DNA of 64,000 nucleotides from an uncultured Gammaproteobacteria bacterium (GCA_963729605.1 CAVSNY010000003.1:32001-96000); one strand, 5' to 3'; positions 41,138-51,954 are shown, counted from the stretch's first letter. The notes: generated by a model not told the origin, from the letters alone. Translations and numbers: made by a program.

Positions 41138-43009
41138 ATGGAACGGCGCTTCACCTTCAAAGATTTTTTTCTGTTCACCTTTCTTACCGTCTTGCTGGCC
41201 GTGGTGGTGTTGGCGATGTACATGGTCGATCGGCAATGGAGCAAGCTGGCGCAAATGCAGCAGACCATGGAAGAGCAAGCCGACGACATTCGCGGCTTGC
41301 GCGGCGCGATCACCACCCTCGAAAAAAATCTGCGCAGCGGCGCCGTCGCGCTGGGCGCGGCCGGCGGCGGTGATGACGGCCCGGTGCCGGCCGCCTTCCG
41401 GCGCGCCCACGCGGCCAGTCAAATGCCGGGCTATCAAAACGGCGATTGGCTGGTAGAGGCCTTTTCCGTAGGTTTGAAGACCATCACCCCGCTGGTGTCT
41501 TCCGACGCCTACGCCGCCGACGTGCAGAATTATGTCCAGGAATCCTTGCTGACCCGCGATCCCGAGACGCTCGAATGGCTGGGTTTGATCGCCGAGTCCT
41601 GGCAAGTAACGGAAGACGGCCTGACGTTCACTTTTCAATTGCGCAAGGGCGTCAAATTTTCAGACGGCAAGGAACTCACCGCCGACGATGTCGCCTTCAC
41701 CTTTGCCTTCATGATGAACCCGGCCATCAACGCGCCGCGGCAACGCGCCTATTACGAAAAAATCGCCTCGGTCACCGTGGTCGATCCTTATCAAGTCGTC
41801 TTCAAATTCAAAGAGCCGTATTTCGAGAGCCTGGCCCTGGCCGGCGGCATGGCGATCATGCCGCGGCATTTTTATGAAGATTATTTAAAGAAGCCGGACA
41901 CCTTCAATACGTCGAAGGGGCTGTTGCTGGGCTCGGGCCCATATCGGCTCAAAGATCCCAAGGGCTGGACGCCGGATCAAGGCATGGTGGAACTGGAACG
42001 CAATCCGCGTTACTGGGGCGCGGTGCAGCCGCCGTTCAATCGTCTGTTATGGAAGGTCATCGCCAACGACGCGGCGCGGCTCACCACATTCCGCAACGGC
42101 GAGATCGACACCTACGGCGCGCGGCCGCGTGAATACCAAACTTTGCTCGACGATGCCGGCTTCATCAAACGCACCCAGCATTTTGAATACATGAGCCCCA
42201 CCGCCGGCTACAACTACATCGCCTGGAATCAGCGGCGCGGCGGCAAGCCCACGCGCTTCGCCGACAAGCGGGTGCGGCAGGCCATGACGTACATCACCGA
42301 CCGCCAGCGCGTCATCGAGGAAATCATGCTCGGTTACGGCGAGATCGCGGTCAGTCCGTTCAGTCCGCGCAGCGCGCAACACGATAAGAGCCTCACGCCG
42401 CATTCCTACGATCTCACCAAGGCCAAGCAGCTGCTGCGCGAGGCCGGTTATACCGATCGCAACGGCGACGGCATTTTGGACGATGCCCAGGGTAAATCCT
42501 TCGAGTTCGAACTGGTGTTTTTCCAGGACAATGAAGACACCCGCCGCGTGGTGCTGTTCCTCAAGGACCTCTACGCGCGGGCCGGCGTAAAACTGGTGCC
42601 CAAGCCCACCGAGTGGTCGGTGATGATCGACCTGCTCAAGCAGCGCGATTTCGACGCCATCACCCTGGGCTGGACCAGCGGCCTCGAAACCGACATCTAT
42701 CAAATCTTTCATAGCAGTCAGATCGCCGACGGCGGCGACAACTTCATCTCATATAAAAACACCAAGCTCGATCAGCTGATCGAAAAGGCCCGCGCCAGCG
42801 TCGATGAAAAGGCCCGCATGCCGCTGTGGCAGCAGGCCGAGCGCATCCTGCATGAGGATCAGCCTTACACGTTTCTGATGCGGCGCCAGAGTCTGGTCTT
42901 CATCGACAAGCGCATCCGCAACCTGCAAATCACCAAGGTCGGTCTGAATCTGGGCATGGTCCCGCTGGAGGTGTTCGTGCCGGCCAACGAACAGCGTTAC
43001 ACGCAGTAA
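41138..43009 (+). CDS. Peptide/nickel-type ABC substrate-binding protein (family 5), N-terminally membrane anchored
   Basis: TM plus coiled coil, then LAES-like IAESW, LRKGVKFSDG, GSGPY, DKRVRQAM. Confidence 0.88.
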   Translation: MERRFTFKDFFLFTFLTVLLAVVVLAMYMVDRQWSKLAQMQQTMEEQADDIRGLRGAITTLEKNLRSGAVALGAAGGGDDGPVPAAFRRAHAASQMPGYQNGDWLVEAFSVGLKTITPLVSSDAYAADVQNYVQESLLTRDPETLEWLGLIAESWQVTEDGLTFTFQLRKGVKFSDGKELTADDVAFTFAFMMNPAINAPRQRAYYEKIASVTVVDPYQVVFKFKEPYFESLALAGGMAIMPRHFYEDYLKKPDTFNTSKGLLLGSGPYRLKDPKGWTPDQGMVELERNPRYWGAVQPPFNRLLWKVIANDAARLTTFRNGEIDTYGARPREYQTLLDDAGFIKRTQHFEYMSPTAGYNYIAWNQRRGGKPTRFADKRVRQAMTYITDRQRVIEEIMLGYGEIAVSPFSPRSAQHDKSLTPHSYDLTKAKQLLREAGYTDRNGDGILDDAQGKSFEFELVFFQDNEDTRRVVLFLKDLYARAGVKLVPKPTEWSVMIDLLKQRDFDAITLGWTSGLETDIYQIFHSSQIADGGDNFISYKNTKLDQLIEKARASVDEKARMPLWQQAERILHEDQPYTFLMRRQSLVFIDKRIRNLQITKVGLNLGMVPLEVFVPANEQRYTQ

Positions 43010-43022
43010 CCGCCGCCGCGTC

Positions 43023-44405
43023 ATGCATACCTACATCATCCGCCGACTGTTGTTGATGATACCCACGCTGTTGGGGATCACCCTGGTGGTGTTCGCGGTG
43101 ATGGCGGCCTCGCCGGGCGGTATCAGCGCGCAGAGTTTGATCGAAGGCCAGAACCTCGATCCGCAGGCCAAGAAGGCGATGGAGGATTATTACAATCGCA
43201 TCTACGGCCTCGACGATCCCGCGCCGGTGCAATACCTGCGCTGGTTGAACAACGCCTCGCCGATCGGTTTCATCCTCGACGAAAATCATGAGATCAGCGG
43301 TTTTTCCTTGTTGAAAGGTTCCGACCTCGGCATCAGTTTTCGTTACGGCCGGCCGGTCACCGACCTGATGGCCGAACGCGTGCCGGTGACCTTGCTGCTC
43401 AATCTGCTCTCGGTGCCCATCATCTATCTCATCGCCATCGCGGTCGGCGTGCACTCGGCCACGCAACGCGGCAAATCCTTCGATGTGGTGTCGGGCGTGA
43501 GCATGCTCACCTTGTGGTCCATCCCCACCATGCTCGCCGGCGTGTTGCTGATCGGCTTTTTCGCCAGCAATCAATATTGGCACTGGTTCCCCACCGCCGG
43601 CCTCAGCCGGCGCGAGGCGCTGGACATGCCGTTCCTGCCGCATTGGAGTTCGCTGAGTGACGTATTGTTGTTATTCGGTTGCTTGATCACCGGCACGGTG
43701 GTGTTGACTATCTTGGCGCTGCGCGGCGGCACGCGCCTGCGCACCACGGTGATGAGCGCCCTCGGCGCGGCGCTGGGCATCGCGATGGCCCATGCCTTGC
43801 CCGGCGAGGCGACCTGGTTCATTCAAGGCTTGCTGGCGGTGTTGATCGCGGTGACCTTGGGCGCCATCGGCTACATGGATTTTCGCGGACTGCGGGTCGC
43901 CTTCATGGGTGCGACCGGCCTCATCCTCGGCGTGGCCATCGCCGCCAATCTGGCGCAAGGCGAATTCGTGCGCGGCTTTTTACTGGATCGCATCTGGCAT
44001 CTGGCCTTGCCGGTGCTGTGTCTCTCTTACGGCGGTTTCGCCTTTCTCGCCAAACTCACCCGCGGCGCGGTGTTGGAAAACCTGCTGGCGGATTACGCGC
44101 GTACCGCGCGTGCCAAGGGCGCGTCGGAACCGCACGTGTTGTGGCGGCATGTCTTCCGCAATAGTTTATTGCCGCTGATCACCGTCTCGGCGGGTTTGCT
44201 GCCCGGCCTGCTGGGCGGCTCGGTGATCGTCGAAAGCCTGTTCAGCATCGACGGCATGGGCAAGCTGGCGGTGGAGGCGGTGCAGGCTCGCGACCGCGAG
44301 CTGATATTGTCGCTGACCTTGATCAGCGGCCTGCTGACCTTGGCCGGTTATCTCATCGCCGACATTTGTTACGCCATCGCCGACCCGCGGGTGAGTTATG
44401 AGTGA
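43023..44405 (+). CDS. Peptide ABC permease (OppB/DppB-like) with extra TM insertion
   Basis: YIIRRLLLMIPTL, DLGISF, DYARTARAKG EAA loop, DPRV; 460 aa. Confidence 0.88.
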   Translation: MHTYIIRRLLLMIPTLLGITLVVFAVMAASPGGISAQSLIEGQNLDPQAKKAMEDYYNRIYGLDDPAPVQYLRWLNNASPIGFILDENHEISGFSLLKGSDLGISFRYGRPVTDLMAERVPVTLLLNLLSVPIIYLIAIAVGVHSATQRGKSFDVVSGVSMLTLWSIPTMLAGVLLIGFFASNQYWHWFPTAGLSRREALDMPFLPHWSSLSDVLLLFGCLITGTVVLTILALRGGTRLRTTVMSALGAALGIAMAHALPGEATWFIQGLLAVLIAVTLGAIGYMDFRGLRVAFMGATGLILGVAIAANLAQGEFVRGFLLDRIWHLALPVLCLSYGGFAFLAKLTRGAVLENLLADYARTARAKGASEPHVLWRHVFRNSLLPLITVSAGLLPGLLGGSVIVESLFSIDGMGKLAVEAVQARDRELILSLTLISGLLTLAGYLIADICYAIADPRVSYE

Positions 44406-45603
44406 GACACTCGCGGCGGCGAACAAGCATGCGGCGGCGCCGGGTCCGGTGCGCCGCAGTTACAGCGCGCAAATGCTGCGCGAGGTCTATCTCAAGCTCG
44501 GCGCCCGCATCGGTCTGGCGTGGATAGGCCTGCTGATCCTGGTCGCGGTGTTCGCGCCTTTCCTCGCCAACAGTCATCCGCTATTGGTGAGTGAAGACGG
44601 CAATCTGCACAGTCCCTTGTTGCGGGCCTTGACCGCCGGTGATGTGAGCCTGCTGGTGATTTTCATCAGCGTGCTGATACTGAGTTTGCTGCGCATCGCA
44701 TTCCGTTACAAGGCGCTGATCTTCACCCTGCTCGCGTTGACCGTCACGCTGGTGAGTTATTTCATGATTTCACCGCCGCAGTTGATCATTTATGAACAGT
44801 ACCGCGAAGCGGAGGCGGCAGGTCGTTACGACTGGGTGCTGCGTACTCCGATTCCCTATTCACCCAAGGATTATCAGCGCGATGCCGGCGAGACCGGGCT
44901 GCAAGCACCGCTCAGCGAACCGACGCGGCCGCATCTGATGGGCACCGACGAAAACGGCGCGGATGTATTGAGCCGGATGATCCACGCCTCGCGCATCGCA
45001 TTGGGCATCGGTTTCGTCGCGACCGGCATTGCCCTGGTGATCGGCGTGTTCATCGGCGGGCTGATGGGTTATTTCTCCGGCGTGGTCGACATGATCGGCA
45101 TGCGCTTGGTGGAGACCTTCGAGGCGGTGCCGACGCTATTTTTGCTGCTCACCTTCGTCGCCTTCTTCGGCGCCAATCTCTACATGATGATGGTGATCAT
45201 CGGTCTCACCGGCTGGACCGGCTACACCCGTTTCGTGCGCGCGGAATTTTTGAAATTGCGCCAGCAGGAATTCGTGCAGGCCGCCGTCGCCTGCGGTCTG
45301 CCGCTCCGTTCCATCCTGTTTCGCCACATGTTGCCCAACGGCATCGCGCCGATTCTGGTGGGCGCGAGTTTCGGCGTGGCCTCCGCCATCCTCGCCGAGG
45401 CGACTTTGAGTTTTCTCGGCTTGGGCCTGGTCGACGATCCGTCGTGGGGCCAGATGCTCAATCAGGCGGTACAAGCGGCGACCTTCAACTGGTGGATGGC
45501 GGTCTTTCCCGGCGGCGCGATTTTTCTCACGGTGTTCGCCTACAATCTAATCGGCGAGGCGATGCGCGACGCCATCGATCCCTATCTGAAAAAGACCGCG
45601 TGA
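44398..45603 (+). CDS. Peptide ABC permease (OppC/DppC-like), enlarged
   Basis: HLMGTDENGADVLSR, EFVQAAVACG EAA loop, RHMLPN, RDAIDP. Confidence 0.88.
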   Translation: MSETLAAANKHAAAPGPVRRSYSAQMLREVYLKLGARIGLAWIGLLILVAVFAPFLANSHPLLVSEDGNLHSPLLRALTAGDVSLLVIFISVLILSLLRIAFRYKALIFTLLALTVTLVSYFMISPPQLIIYEQYREAEAAGRYDWVLRTPIPYSPKDYQRDAGETGLQAPLSEPTRPHLMGTDENGADVLSRMIHASRIALGIGFVATGIALVIGVFIGGLMGYFSGVVDMIGMRLVETFEAVPTLFLLLTFVAFFGANLYMMMVIIGLTGWTGYTRFVRAEFLKLRQQEFVQAAVACGLPLRSILFRHMLPNGIAPILVGASFGVASAILAEATLSFLGLGLVDDPSWGQMLNQAVQAATFNWWMAVFPGGAIFLTVFAYNLIGEAMRDAIDPYLKKTA

Positions 45604-45613
45604 ACGTGACGCC

Positions 45614-47305
45614 ATGCTGCTGCAAGTAGACAACCTCAAGACCTATTTGCGCGCCGGCGACCGCCTCGTCAAGGCGGTGGACGGCGTGAGCTTCACGCTC
45701 GAACGCGGCGAAACGTTTTGTTTGGTAGGCGAATCGGGTAGCGGAAAATCCATCTCGGCCTTGTCCATCATTCAACTGCTGCCGCGCGACATCGCCACGC
45801 ATCCCGACGGCAAGGTGTGGTTCGAGCATCGGCGCGCCGATGCCTCTGTCGAACGCGTGGACATGTTGGCTCTGCCGGAAGAAGGCAAACGCGCCATTCG
45901 CGGCGCGCGCATCGGCATGATCTTTCAGGAACCGATGACTTCGCTCAATCCGGTGTTCACCATCGGCGAACAAATCATCGAGACACTGCAACTTCACTAT
46001 CCCGAATTGCCGTATGCGGAGGCCCGCGCCCGCGCCGTCGCGGCATTGGAGCAAGTGCAAATTCCCAATCCGGCGGAACGCATCGACGACTATCCGCATC
46101 GCTTGTCAGGCGGCCAGCGGCAGCGGGTGATGATCGCGATGGCGATGATCTGTGAACCCGATCTGCTGATCGCCGACGAGCCGACCACCGCGCTGGACGT
46201 CACCGTGCAGGCGGAGATACTGCGGCTGATGAAAGATATGCAGCGGCGCAAAGGCACCAGCATTCTTTTCATCACCCACGATTTCGGCGTGGTGTCGGAA
46301 ATGGCCGATCGCCTCGCGGTGATGCGTCATGGCAAAATCGTCGAGAGCGGTAAATTGCGCGACGTGCTCAACGCGCCGCAACACGATTACACGCGGCAAT
46401 TGCTGGCCGCTTTGCCGGAGAACCTCGCGCGCACCCGTCCTGCCGCACGGCGTTCAACGCCGTTCAGCGTTGCGCCCGCGACGGACGAAACACCGGCAAA
46501 GCCGAATGGCGAGCAAGCCCTGGTGGAATTGCGCGGCTTGCAAGTCTATTTTCCGATCAAGAAGGGCGTGTTCAAACACACGGTCGGCCACGTCAAGGCG
46601 GTGGACCAGGTCGATATGCGCATACCGCAAGGGCAAATTCTCGCGCTGGTCGGTGAATCGGGCTGCGGAAAAACCACGCTCGGCCGCGCGATACTCGGCC
46701 TGATCGGCGCCACCGGCGGCGAGATCCGTTTCGCCGGCGACAATATCACCGGCCTCGGCCGCGAAGCGATGCGGCCGTATCGCCGTCACATGCAAATCAT
46801 TTTTCAAGACCCGGTGTCGTCGCTCAATCCGCGCCTCACCGTCGCCAACACCTTGATCGAGCCGATGGCGGTGCACGGCATCGGCGAATCGAAGGAAGAG
46901 CGCATGGAGATCGCCCGCCAAATCCTGCTGCGGGTGCAACTCGATCCCGAACACCTGTGGCGTTATCCCCATGAATTTTCCGGCGGCCAGCGCCAGCGTA
47001 TCGGCATCGCCCGCGCCTTGGTGCTCAATCCGCGCTTCATCGTCTGCGACGAGATCACCAGTGCGCTCGACGTGTCGGTGCAGGCGGAGATCCTGCAAAT
47101 ACTGCTGGATTTATGCCGCGAGCGTTCGCTGACCTTATTGTTCATCACCCATAACATCGGCGTGGTGGAATACCTCGCCGACGAGATGGCGGTGATGCAC
47201 GACGGCAAGATCGTCGAACGTGGTCCGACCGAGCAGGTGAGCCGCCGCCCGCAACATGCCTACACGCAGAAGCTGCTCGCCGCCGTGCCGCGGGTGAAGT
47301 TTTAG
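45614..47305 (+). CDS. Peptide ABC ATP-binding protein with two fused NBDs
   Basis: GESGSGKS and GESGCGKT Walker A motifs; LSGGQ and FSGGQ signatures. Confidence 0.9.
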   Translation: MLLQVDNLKTYLRAGDRLVKAVDGVSFTLERGETFCLVGESGSGKSISALSIIQLLPRDIATHPDGKVWFEHRRADASVERVDMLALPEEGKRAIRGARIGMIFQEPMTSLNPVFTIGEQIIETLQLHYPELPYAEARARAVAALEQVQIPNPAERIDDYPHRLSGGQRQRVMIAMAMICEPDLLIADEPTTALDVTVQAEILRLMKDMQRRKGTSILFITHDFGVVSEMADRLAVMRHGKIVESGKLRDVLNAPQHDYTRQLLAALPENLARTRPAARRSTPFSVAPATDETPAKPNGEQALVELRGLQVYFPIKKGVFKHTVGHVKAVDQVDMRIPQGQILALVGESGCGKTTLGRAILGLIGATGGEIRFAGDNITGLGREAMRPYRRHMQIIFQDPVSSLNPRLTVANTLIEPMAVHGIGESKEERMEIARQILLRVQLDPEHLWRYPHEFSGGQRQRIGIARALVLNPRFIVCDEITSALDVSVQAEILQILLDLCRERSLTLLFITHNIGVVEYLADEMAVMHDGKIVERGPTEQVSRRPQHAYTQKLLAAVPRVKF

Positions 47306-47330
47306 ATGAAGGTCTTGCAGCGCGAAAGAA

Positions 47331-47386
47331 GTAATATGCGCCTTGCGCGCGAAACCGCGCTTGGTCGTGCGCATGGCGCACGCTAC
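47331..47386. repeat. Degenerate GTAG-type REP doublet (REPIN-like)
   Basis: Minus-strand GTAGCGTGCGCCATGCGCAC (47367-47386) faces a 15/20 matching copy GTAATATGCGCCTTGCGCGC (47331-47350). Confidence 0.6.
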
Positions 47387-47419
47387 GATTTACCCATCAC
47401 CACGGCATTGCCCACATCT

Positions 47420-47457
47420 CCCCCCTCTCCCCGACGGGAGAGGGGCAGGGGAGAGGG
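47420..47457. repeat. CCCTCTCCC/GGGAGAGGG palindromic repeat, copy 3
   Basis: CCCCTCTCCC-CGAC-GGGAGAGGGG-CAGGGGAGAGGG. Confidence 0.78.
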
Positions 47458-47478
47458 TGATTTTCTAGCGATATAACG

Positions 47479-49497
47479 ATGCAGCCACCTCTACTCTCCG
47501 TCAAACAACTCACCACCCGCCTCGCGACGCCGCGCGGTGTATTGCGTCCGGTGGACGGCGTGAGTTTCGAGGTGCGTCGCGGCGAAACCTTCGCCCTGCT
47601 CGGTGAATCCGGCTGCGGAAAATCCATGACGGCCTTATCGCTGATGCGTTTGCTGCCGCCGCAGGCGGCAGGCAATCTCGATGGCGAGGTGTGGCTGAAC
47701 GGCCGCGACCTGCTGGCCCTGTCGGAAGACGACATGCGCGAGATGCGCGGCAATCATCTGGCGATGATTTTTCAAGAACCGATGACCTCGCTCAATCCGG
47801 TGTTCACGGTGGGCGAGCAAATCGGTGAAGTCTTGCGCCACCATAAAAAAATGAACGGCGCCACGGCGCGCCGGCGGGTGTTGGAACTGCTCGACGCGGT
47901 CGGCATTCCCGACCGCGAACGGCGCTACGGCGAATATCCGCATCAACTCTCGGGCGGCATGAAACAACGGGTGATGATCGCCATCGCCCTGGCCGGCGGG
48001 CCCGAGCTGCTGATCGCCGACGAACCCACCACCGCGCTCGACGTCACCATCCAGGCGCAGATACTCGAACTGCTGCAACGGCTGCAAAAAGATCTGGGCA
48101 TGGCCATCGTGCTCATTACCCACGACCTCGGGGTGGTGGCGGGCATGGCTGATCAAGTGGCGGTGATGTACGCGGGCCACATCGTCGAGCAGGCGACGCG
48201 CGCTGACTTCTTCGCGCGGCCGTTGCATCCCTATTCGCAAAAATTGTTCGCTTCCATGCCCGGCCGCGGCAAGCGCGGCCATAAACTGGCGGTGATCGAA
48301 GGCGGTGTGCCGTCGCTCGCCCAGGAATTCCGCGCCTGCCGTTTCGCCGATCGCTGCCAATATGCGTGGTCGACTTGTCATGAATCGGCGCCGCGCTGGT
48401 TGGAAGTAACGGCGGGACACTGGGCGCGTTGCCACCTCCACGATCCGCAAGTAGTGAAGCCGGCGACGGCGCCGCTGAATATCGCCGAAGAAACGGTGCA
48501 GGCGCCTGCGGCTGAATCCACCCACACTTTGTTGCACGTGGACGATTTGAAGGTGCACTTTCCCGTCCACCACGGTTTGCTAAAACGTGTGGCGGGACAC
48601 GTGCGCGCGGTGGACGGCATCTCGCTGGAGTTGCAGCGTGGCCGCACCGTGGCGCTGGTCGGTGAATCGGGCTGCGGCAAGACCACCGCGGGCAAAGCCA
48701 TCCTGCAATTGATCCGCCCCACCGGCGGCAGCGTGCGTTACAACGGACTGGAACTCACAACACTTTCCGCGCACGCGCTGCGCCCGCATCGCCGCGAACT
48801 GCAAATCATCTTTCAGGACGCCTACTCTTCGATGAATCCGCGCATGCGGGTCGGCGACATCATCGCCGAAGGCATGCTGGCGCAAGACATCGGCGGTGAT
48901 GCCGCCGCGCGCCGGCGGCGCGTCGATGAGTTACTGGCGCAAGTGGGCTTGCCCGCCGAGGCCAAACAACGTTATCCGCATGAATTCTCCGGCGGCCAGC
49001 GCCAGCGCATCTGCATAGCGCGCGCGCTGGCGGTGAATCCCAAACTCATCGTCTGCGACGAACCCACCAGCGCGCTCGACGTGTCGGTGCAGGCGCAGGT
49101 GTTGAATCTGTTGAAAGGTTTGCAGGACGAACTCGGCCTCGCCTATCTCTTCATCACCCACAACATGTCGGTGGTGGAGTACCTGGCGCACACCGTCGCG
49201 GTGATGTACCTCGGCCGCATCGTCGAGCAGGGCACCATGGAAGAAGTGCTCAAGACGCCCAAACATCCGTACACACAGGCGCTGTTGTCGGCGGTGCCGA
49301 CCATCGATGAAGACGCGCAACGCGAGGTCATTCGTTTGCAGGGTGATTTGCCCTCGCCGGTGAATCCACCGGCGGGTTGTCATTTTCATCCGCGGTGTCC
49401 GCATGTGATGGCGCAGTGTCGGGAGAAATATCCTGCTCCATCGCAATTGAGTGAGACGCGGCGGGTGCATTGCTTTTTGTATAGCGAGAATGCTTGA
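47479..49497 (+). CDS. Second peptide ABC ATP-binding protein, fused DppD-DppF type
   Basis: Two Walker A motifs ([16 protein letters not shown]); each NBD is followed by HPY and a Cys-rich tail ([15 protein letters not shown]). Confidence 0.9.
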   Translation: MQPPLLSVKQLTTRLATPRGVLRPVDGVSFEVRRGETFALLGESGCGKSMTALSLMRLLPPQAAGNLDGEVWLNGRDLLALSEDDMREMRGNHLAMIFQEPMTSLNPVFTVGEQIGEVLRHHKKMNGATARRRVLELLDAVGIPDRERRYGEYPHQLSGGMKQRVMIAIALAGGPELLIADEPTTALDVTIQAQILELLQRLQKDLGMAIVLITHDLGVVAGMADQVAVMYAGHIVEQATRADFFARPLHPYSQKLFASMPGRGKRGHKLAVIEGGVPSLAQEFRACRFADRCQYAWSTCHESAPRWLEVTAGHWARCHLHDPQVVKPATAPLNIAEETVQAPAAESTHTLLHVDDLKVHFPVHHGLLKRVAGHVRAVDGISLELQRGRTVALVGESGCGKTTAGKAILQLIRPTGGSVRYNGLELTTLSAHALRPHRRELQIIFQDAYSSMNPRMRVGDIIAEGMLAQDIGGDAAARRRRVDELLAQVGLPAEAKQRYPHEFSGGQRQRICIARALAVNPKLIVCDEPTSALDVSVQAQVLNLLKGLQDELGLAYLFITHNMSVVEYLAHTVAVMYLGRIVEQGTMEEVLKTPKHPYTQALLSAVPTIDEDAQREVIRLQGDLPSPVNPPAGCHFHPRCPHVMAQCREKYPAPSQLSETRRVHCFLYSENA

Positions 49498-49747
49498 TTG
49501 GTATTGCGACTTTCGGTTGCGCCACATTGGCATACAGAAAGACGCCAATTAGGGTCGCTAATATAAGCTAGACCGCCAAATGCAGATAGGCCGGGCGCAA
49601 TAATCGAATATCTTCCCAGTCTCGAAGGGCATGTGCGCAATCGGTTCCGCGACATCCCGTGATTACGCTGTGCTTGGCGGCTTTATAACCGATCAGGTGC
49701 GCCGATGAAGGATGCGCATGCCTCGACGTTTACGAGGGCGGGGATGT

Positions 49748-49960
49748 TCAACGTGAGTTGTCTGGTGTCGTCCCCGCGCGGTCTTTGCCCCGGCGGGCCA
49801 TTACGATGCCTAATACGACGGGAAGGATGACCACCAAAAGCAACGCTGCCAGCGGGAGCACCCAGTTGGGTAATTCATCCATTCCGCCTACGAAGATCAA
49901 AAACGCGATTACCGCGGTGGTGGCCAGCGCGTAGCTAAGAAAGGTGCCCAGTTCTTTCAT
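49748..49960 (-). CDS. Small two-TM hypothetical membrane protein (~70 aa)
   Basis: GGAG SD before ATG 49960; two hydrophobic helices and a basic tail. Confidence 0.6.
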   Translation of the reverse strand: MKELGTFLSYALATTAVIAFLIFVGGMDELPNWVLPLAALLLVVILPVVLGIVMARRGKDRAGTTPDNSR

Positions 49961-50104
49961 CGTGTGATACTCCGCGGTCATTGAATGCTGGTGGCCATAG
50001 TACCCATTCCGCCGCGCGCGGGCAAACTTCGGCTATTCGGGTTCGAGGCGATGGGCGGAATATTCACTGGTGGGTGTCGCTATCAGGCTTGTTTTTTAAA
50101 ATCC

Positions 50105-50135
50105 AGGGAACCTCTGATTTATTCAGAGCTTCCCT
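50105..50135. repeat. 13-bp inverted repeat (terminator or collapsed IS/MITE ends)
   Basis: AGGGAACCTCTGA-TTTAT-TCAGAGCTTCCCT, one mismatch. Confidence 0.6.
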
Positions 50136-50208
50136 AGATGCGTTCCGATAAACGCATGTACACAAATTTAGCGGGCCGTTAAAAACCGCGGCTATGAAAC
50201 ACGGTGAG

Positions 50209-51954
50209 TTAACCCGCGCCCGCGTTGCTGTCCGAAGTGACGAAGAGGGTGAGGCGTTGGCCGGGTTGTAAGACGCGATTTTTGGAGAGTCGATTCCAGG
50301 TCTGGAGTTGTTTTACCGAGACCTTGAAGCGTTTGGAGATGAGGGCGAGGGAGTCGCCGGCGCGTACGGTGTAGGTGATTTTGCGGGGGTCCGGTTTTTT
50401 GGTCTTGCCGCCGGCGTCGGCTTCGGTGCGGGCGCCGGCCTTGATGATCAAGTGTTGGCCGGGGCGCAGTCCCGCCTGGCTGTCGAGTTTGTTCCAGGCC
50501 GCGAGTTGTTTGACCGGCACGCCGTAGCGGCGGGAGAGCAGCCACAGGGAATCGCCGGCCACCACGCGATGGGTGTGGGTGTTGGTGGCGGGGGTGATTT
50601 CGTCGGCGGTGTCCGCCGGATCGGCGCCGTTGGCGAGCGGTACGATCAGCTCTTGTCCGGCGCGGACGGGTTTGTTGCCGAGCTGGTTGATGCGGGTCAA
50701 GACACTGACCTGGGTGGCGTACCGCTGGGCGAGTTGGCTGAGGGTTTCGCCGGCGCGGACTTGATGGCGTACCCAGCGCACCCGCTGTTCAGGCGGCAAT
50801 TCCGCCAGCCCGGCATTGAAGGCCTCCACCCGGTCGGCGGGGAGTAAGAGCCGATGCGGGCCGCCGTCGGGGTCGGTGGCCCAGTGGTTGTGGCCGGGGT
50901 TGAGGCGATGGAGTTCTTCGATGCTCATATTGGCCAGTTCGGCGGCGACCGCGAAATCGAGTTGACCGTCGACCTCCACGCTGGCGAGGTAGGGCAGGTC
51001 GGCTATGGGGGCGAGGGCGATGCCTTCGTGATCGGGGCGAGCGACGATGGCGCTGATGGCCAGCAGGCGCGGGACGTATTCCTGGGTCTGAGGCGGCAGG
51101 TTCAGCGACCAATAGTCGGTGGGTTTGCCCAGCCGTTTATTTTCGCGGATGGCTTTGGCGACGGTGCCTTCGCCGGAGTTGTAGGCGGCCAGCGCCAGCA
51201 GCCAGTCGCCGTCGAATAAGTCATGCAGGTATTGCAGATAATCCAAGGCGGCCTGGGTGGAGGCCACCACGTCGCGGCGACCGTCGTACCACCAGGTGCG
51301 TTTGAGGCCGAAGCGTTTGCCGGTGTCGGGAATGAATTGCCACAAGCCCGAGGCGCGGCTGGAGGAGAGGGCGAAGGGCTGGTAGGCGCTTTCCACCACC
51401 GGCAGCAAGGCGATCTCGGCGGGCATGCCGCGTTGCTCGACTTCGTTGAAGACGTAATGCAGATAGGGCGCGGCCTGTTGCGCCACCCGTTCCAAGTAGC
51501 GGGGGTGACGGGTGTACCAGGTGGTGGCGGTCTGCACCCGGGGGTTGTCTTTTTGGGTGAGCGACAGGCCGTCGCGGATGCGCTCCCATAAGTCGCCGGG
51601 TTCGGCGGGCGCGGTTTCGTCGTCGAGCGCCAGGTCGGCGGCGAGGTCTTCCGTCAGGTCGGCCTCGACATCGGTTTCGAGATCAAGGGGGAGTGGCAAT
51701 GGATCGAGCAGGCCGGGTTTGCTGGCGCGTTTTACCCGCGGACCGGTCGGCTGGCCCAGCGGATTGAGGTCCGCCGGGCTGAGCTTGTCGGTGAGTGGGC
51801 TGACGGTGGTTTCCCCCCGGGTGTCGCCATCGCCATGCGCGGCGGGGAGGGCGGCCCGGTTCGGTCCCACGGCGCAGCCGGATAAGAGGCTCAAGCCGAG
51901 CAGCAGGCCCGCGACGGTCACTATGCATGATTTTTTGTTATGTGTTTTCAGCAC
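50209..51954 (-). CDS. mltD: Membrane-bound lytic murein transglycosylase D
   Basis: Lipobox LSGC, SLT motifs (VVES, GLWQF, AAYNSG), three LysM domains; adjacent to gloB. Confidence 0.9.
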   Translation of the reverse strand: MLKTHNKKSCIVTVAGLLLGLSLLSGCAVGPNRAALPAAHGDGDTRGETTVSPLTDKLSPADLNPLGQPTGPRVKRASKPGLLDPLPLPLDLETDVEADLTEDLAADLALDDETAPAEPGDLWERIRDGLSLTQKDNPRVQTATTWYTRHPRYLERVAQQAAPYLHYVFNEVEQRGMPAEIALLPVVESAYQPFALSSSRASGLWQFIPDTGKRFGLKRTWWYDGRRDVVASTQAALDYLQYLHDLFDGDWLLALAAYNSGEGTVAKAIRENKRLGKPTDYWSLNLPPQTQEYVPRLLAISAIVARPDHEGIALAPIADLPYLASVEVDGQLDFAVAAELANMSIEELHRLNPGHNHWATDPDGGPHRLLLPADRVEAFNAGLAELPPEQRVRWVRHQVRAGETLSQLAQRYATQVSVLTRINQLGNKPVRAGQELIVPLANGADPADTADEITPATNTHTHRVVAGDSLWLLSRRYGVPVKQLAAWNKLDSQAGLRPGQHLIIKAGARTEADAGGKTKKPDPRKITYTVRAGDSLALISKRFKVSVKQLQTWNRLSKNRVLQPGQRLTLFVTSDSNAGAG

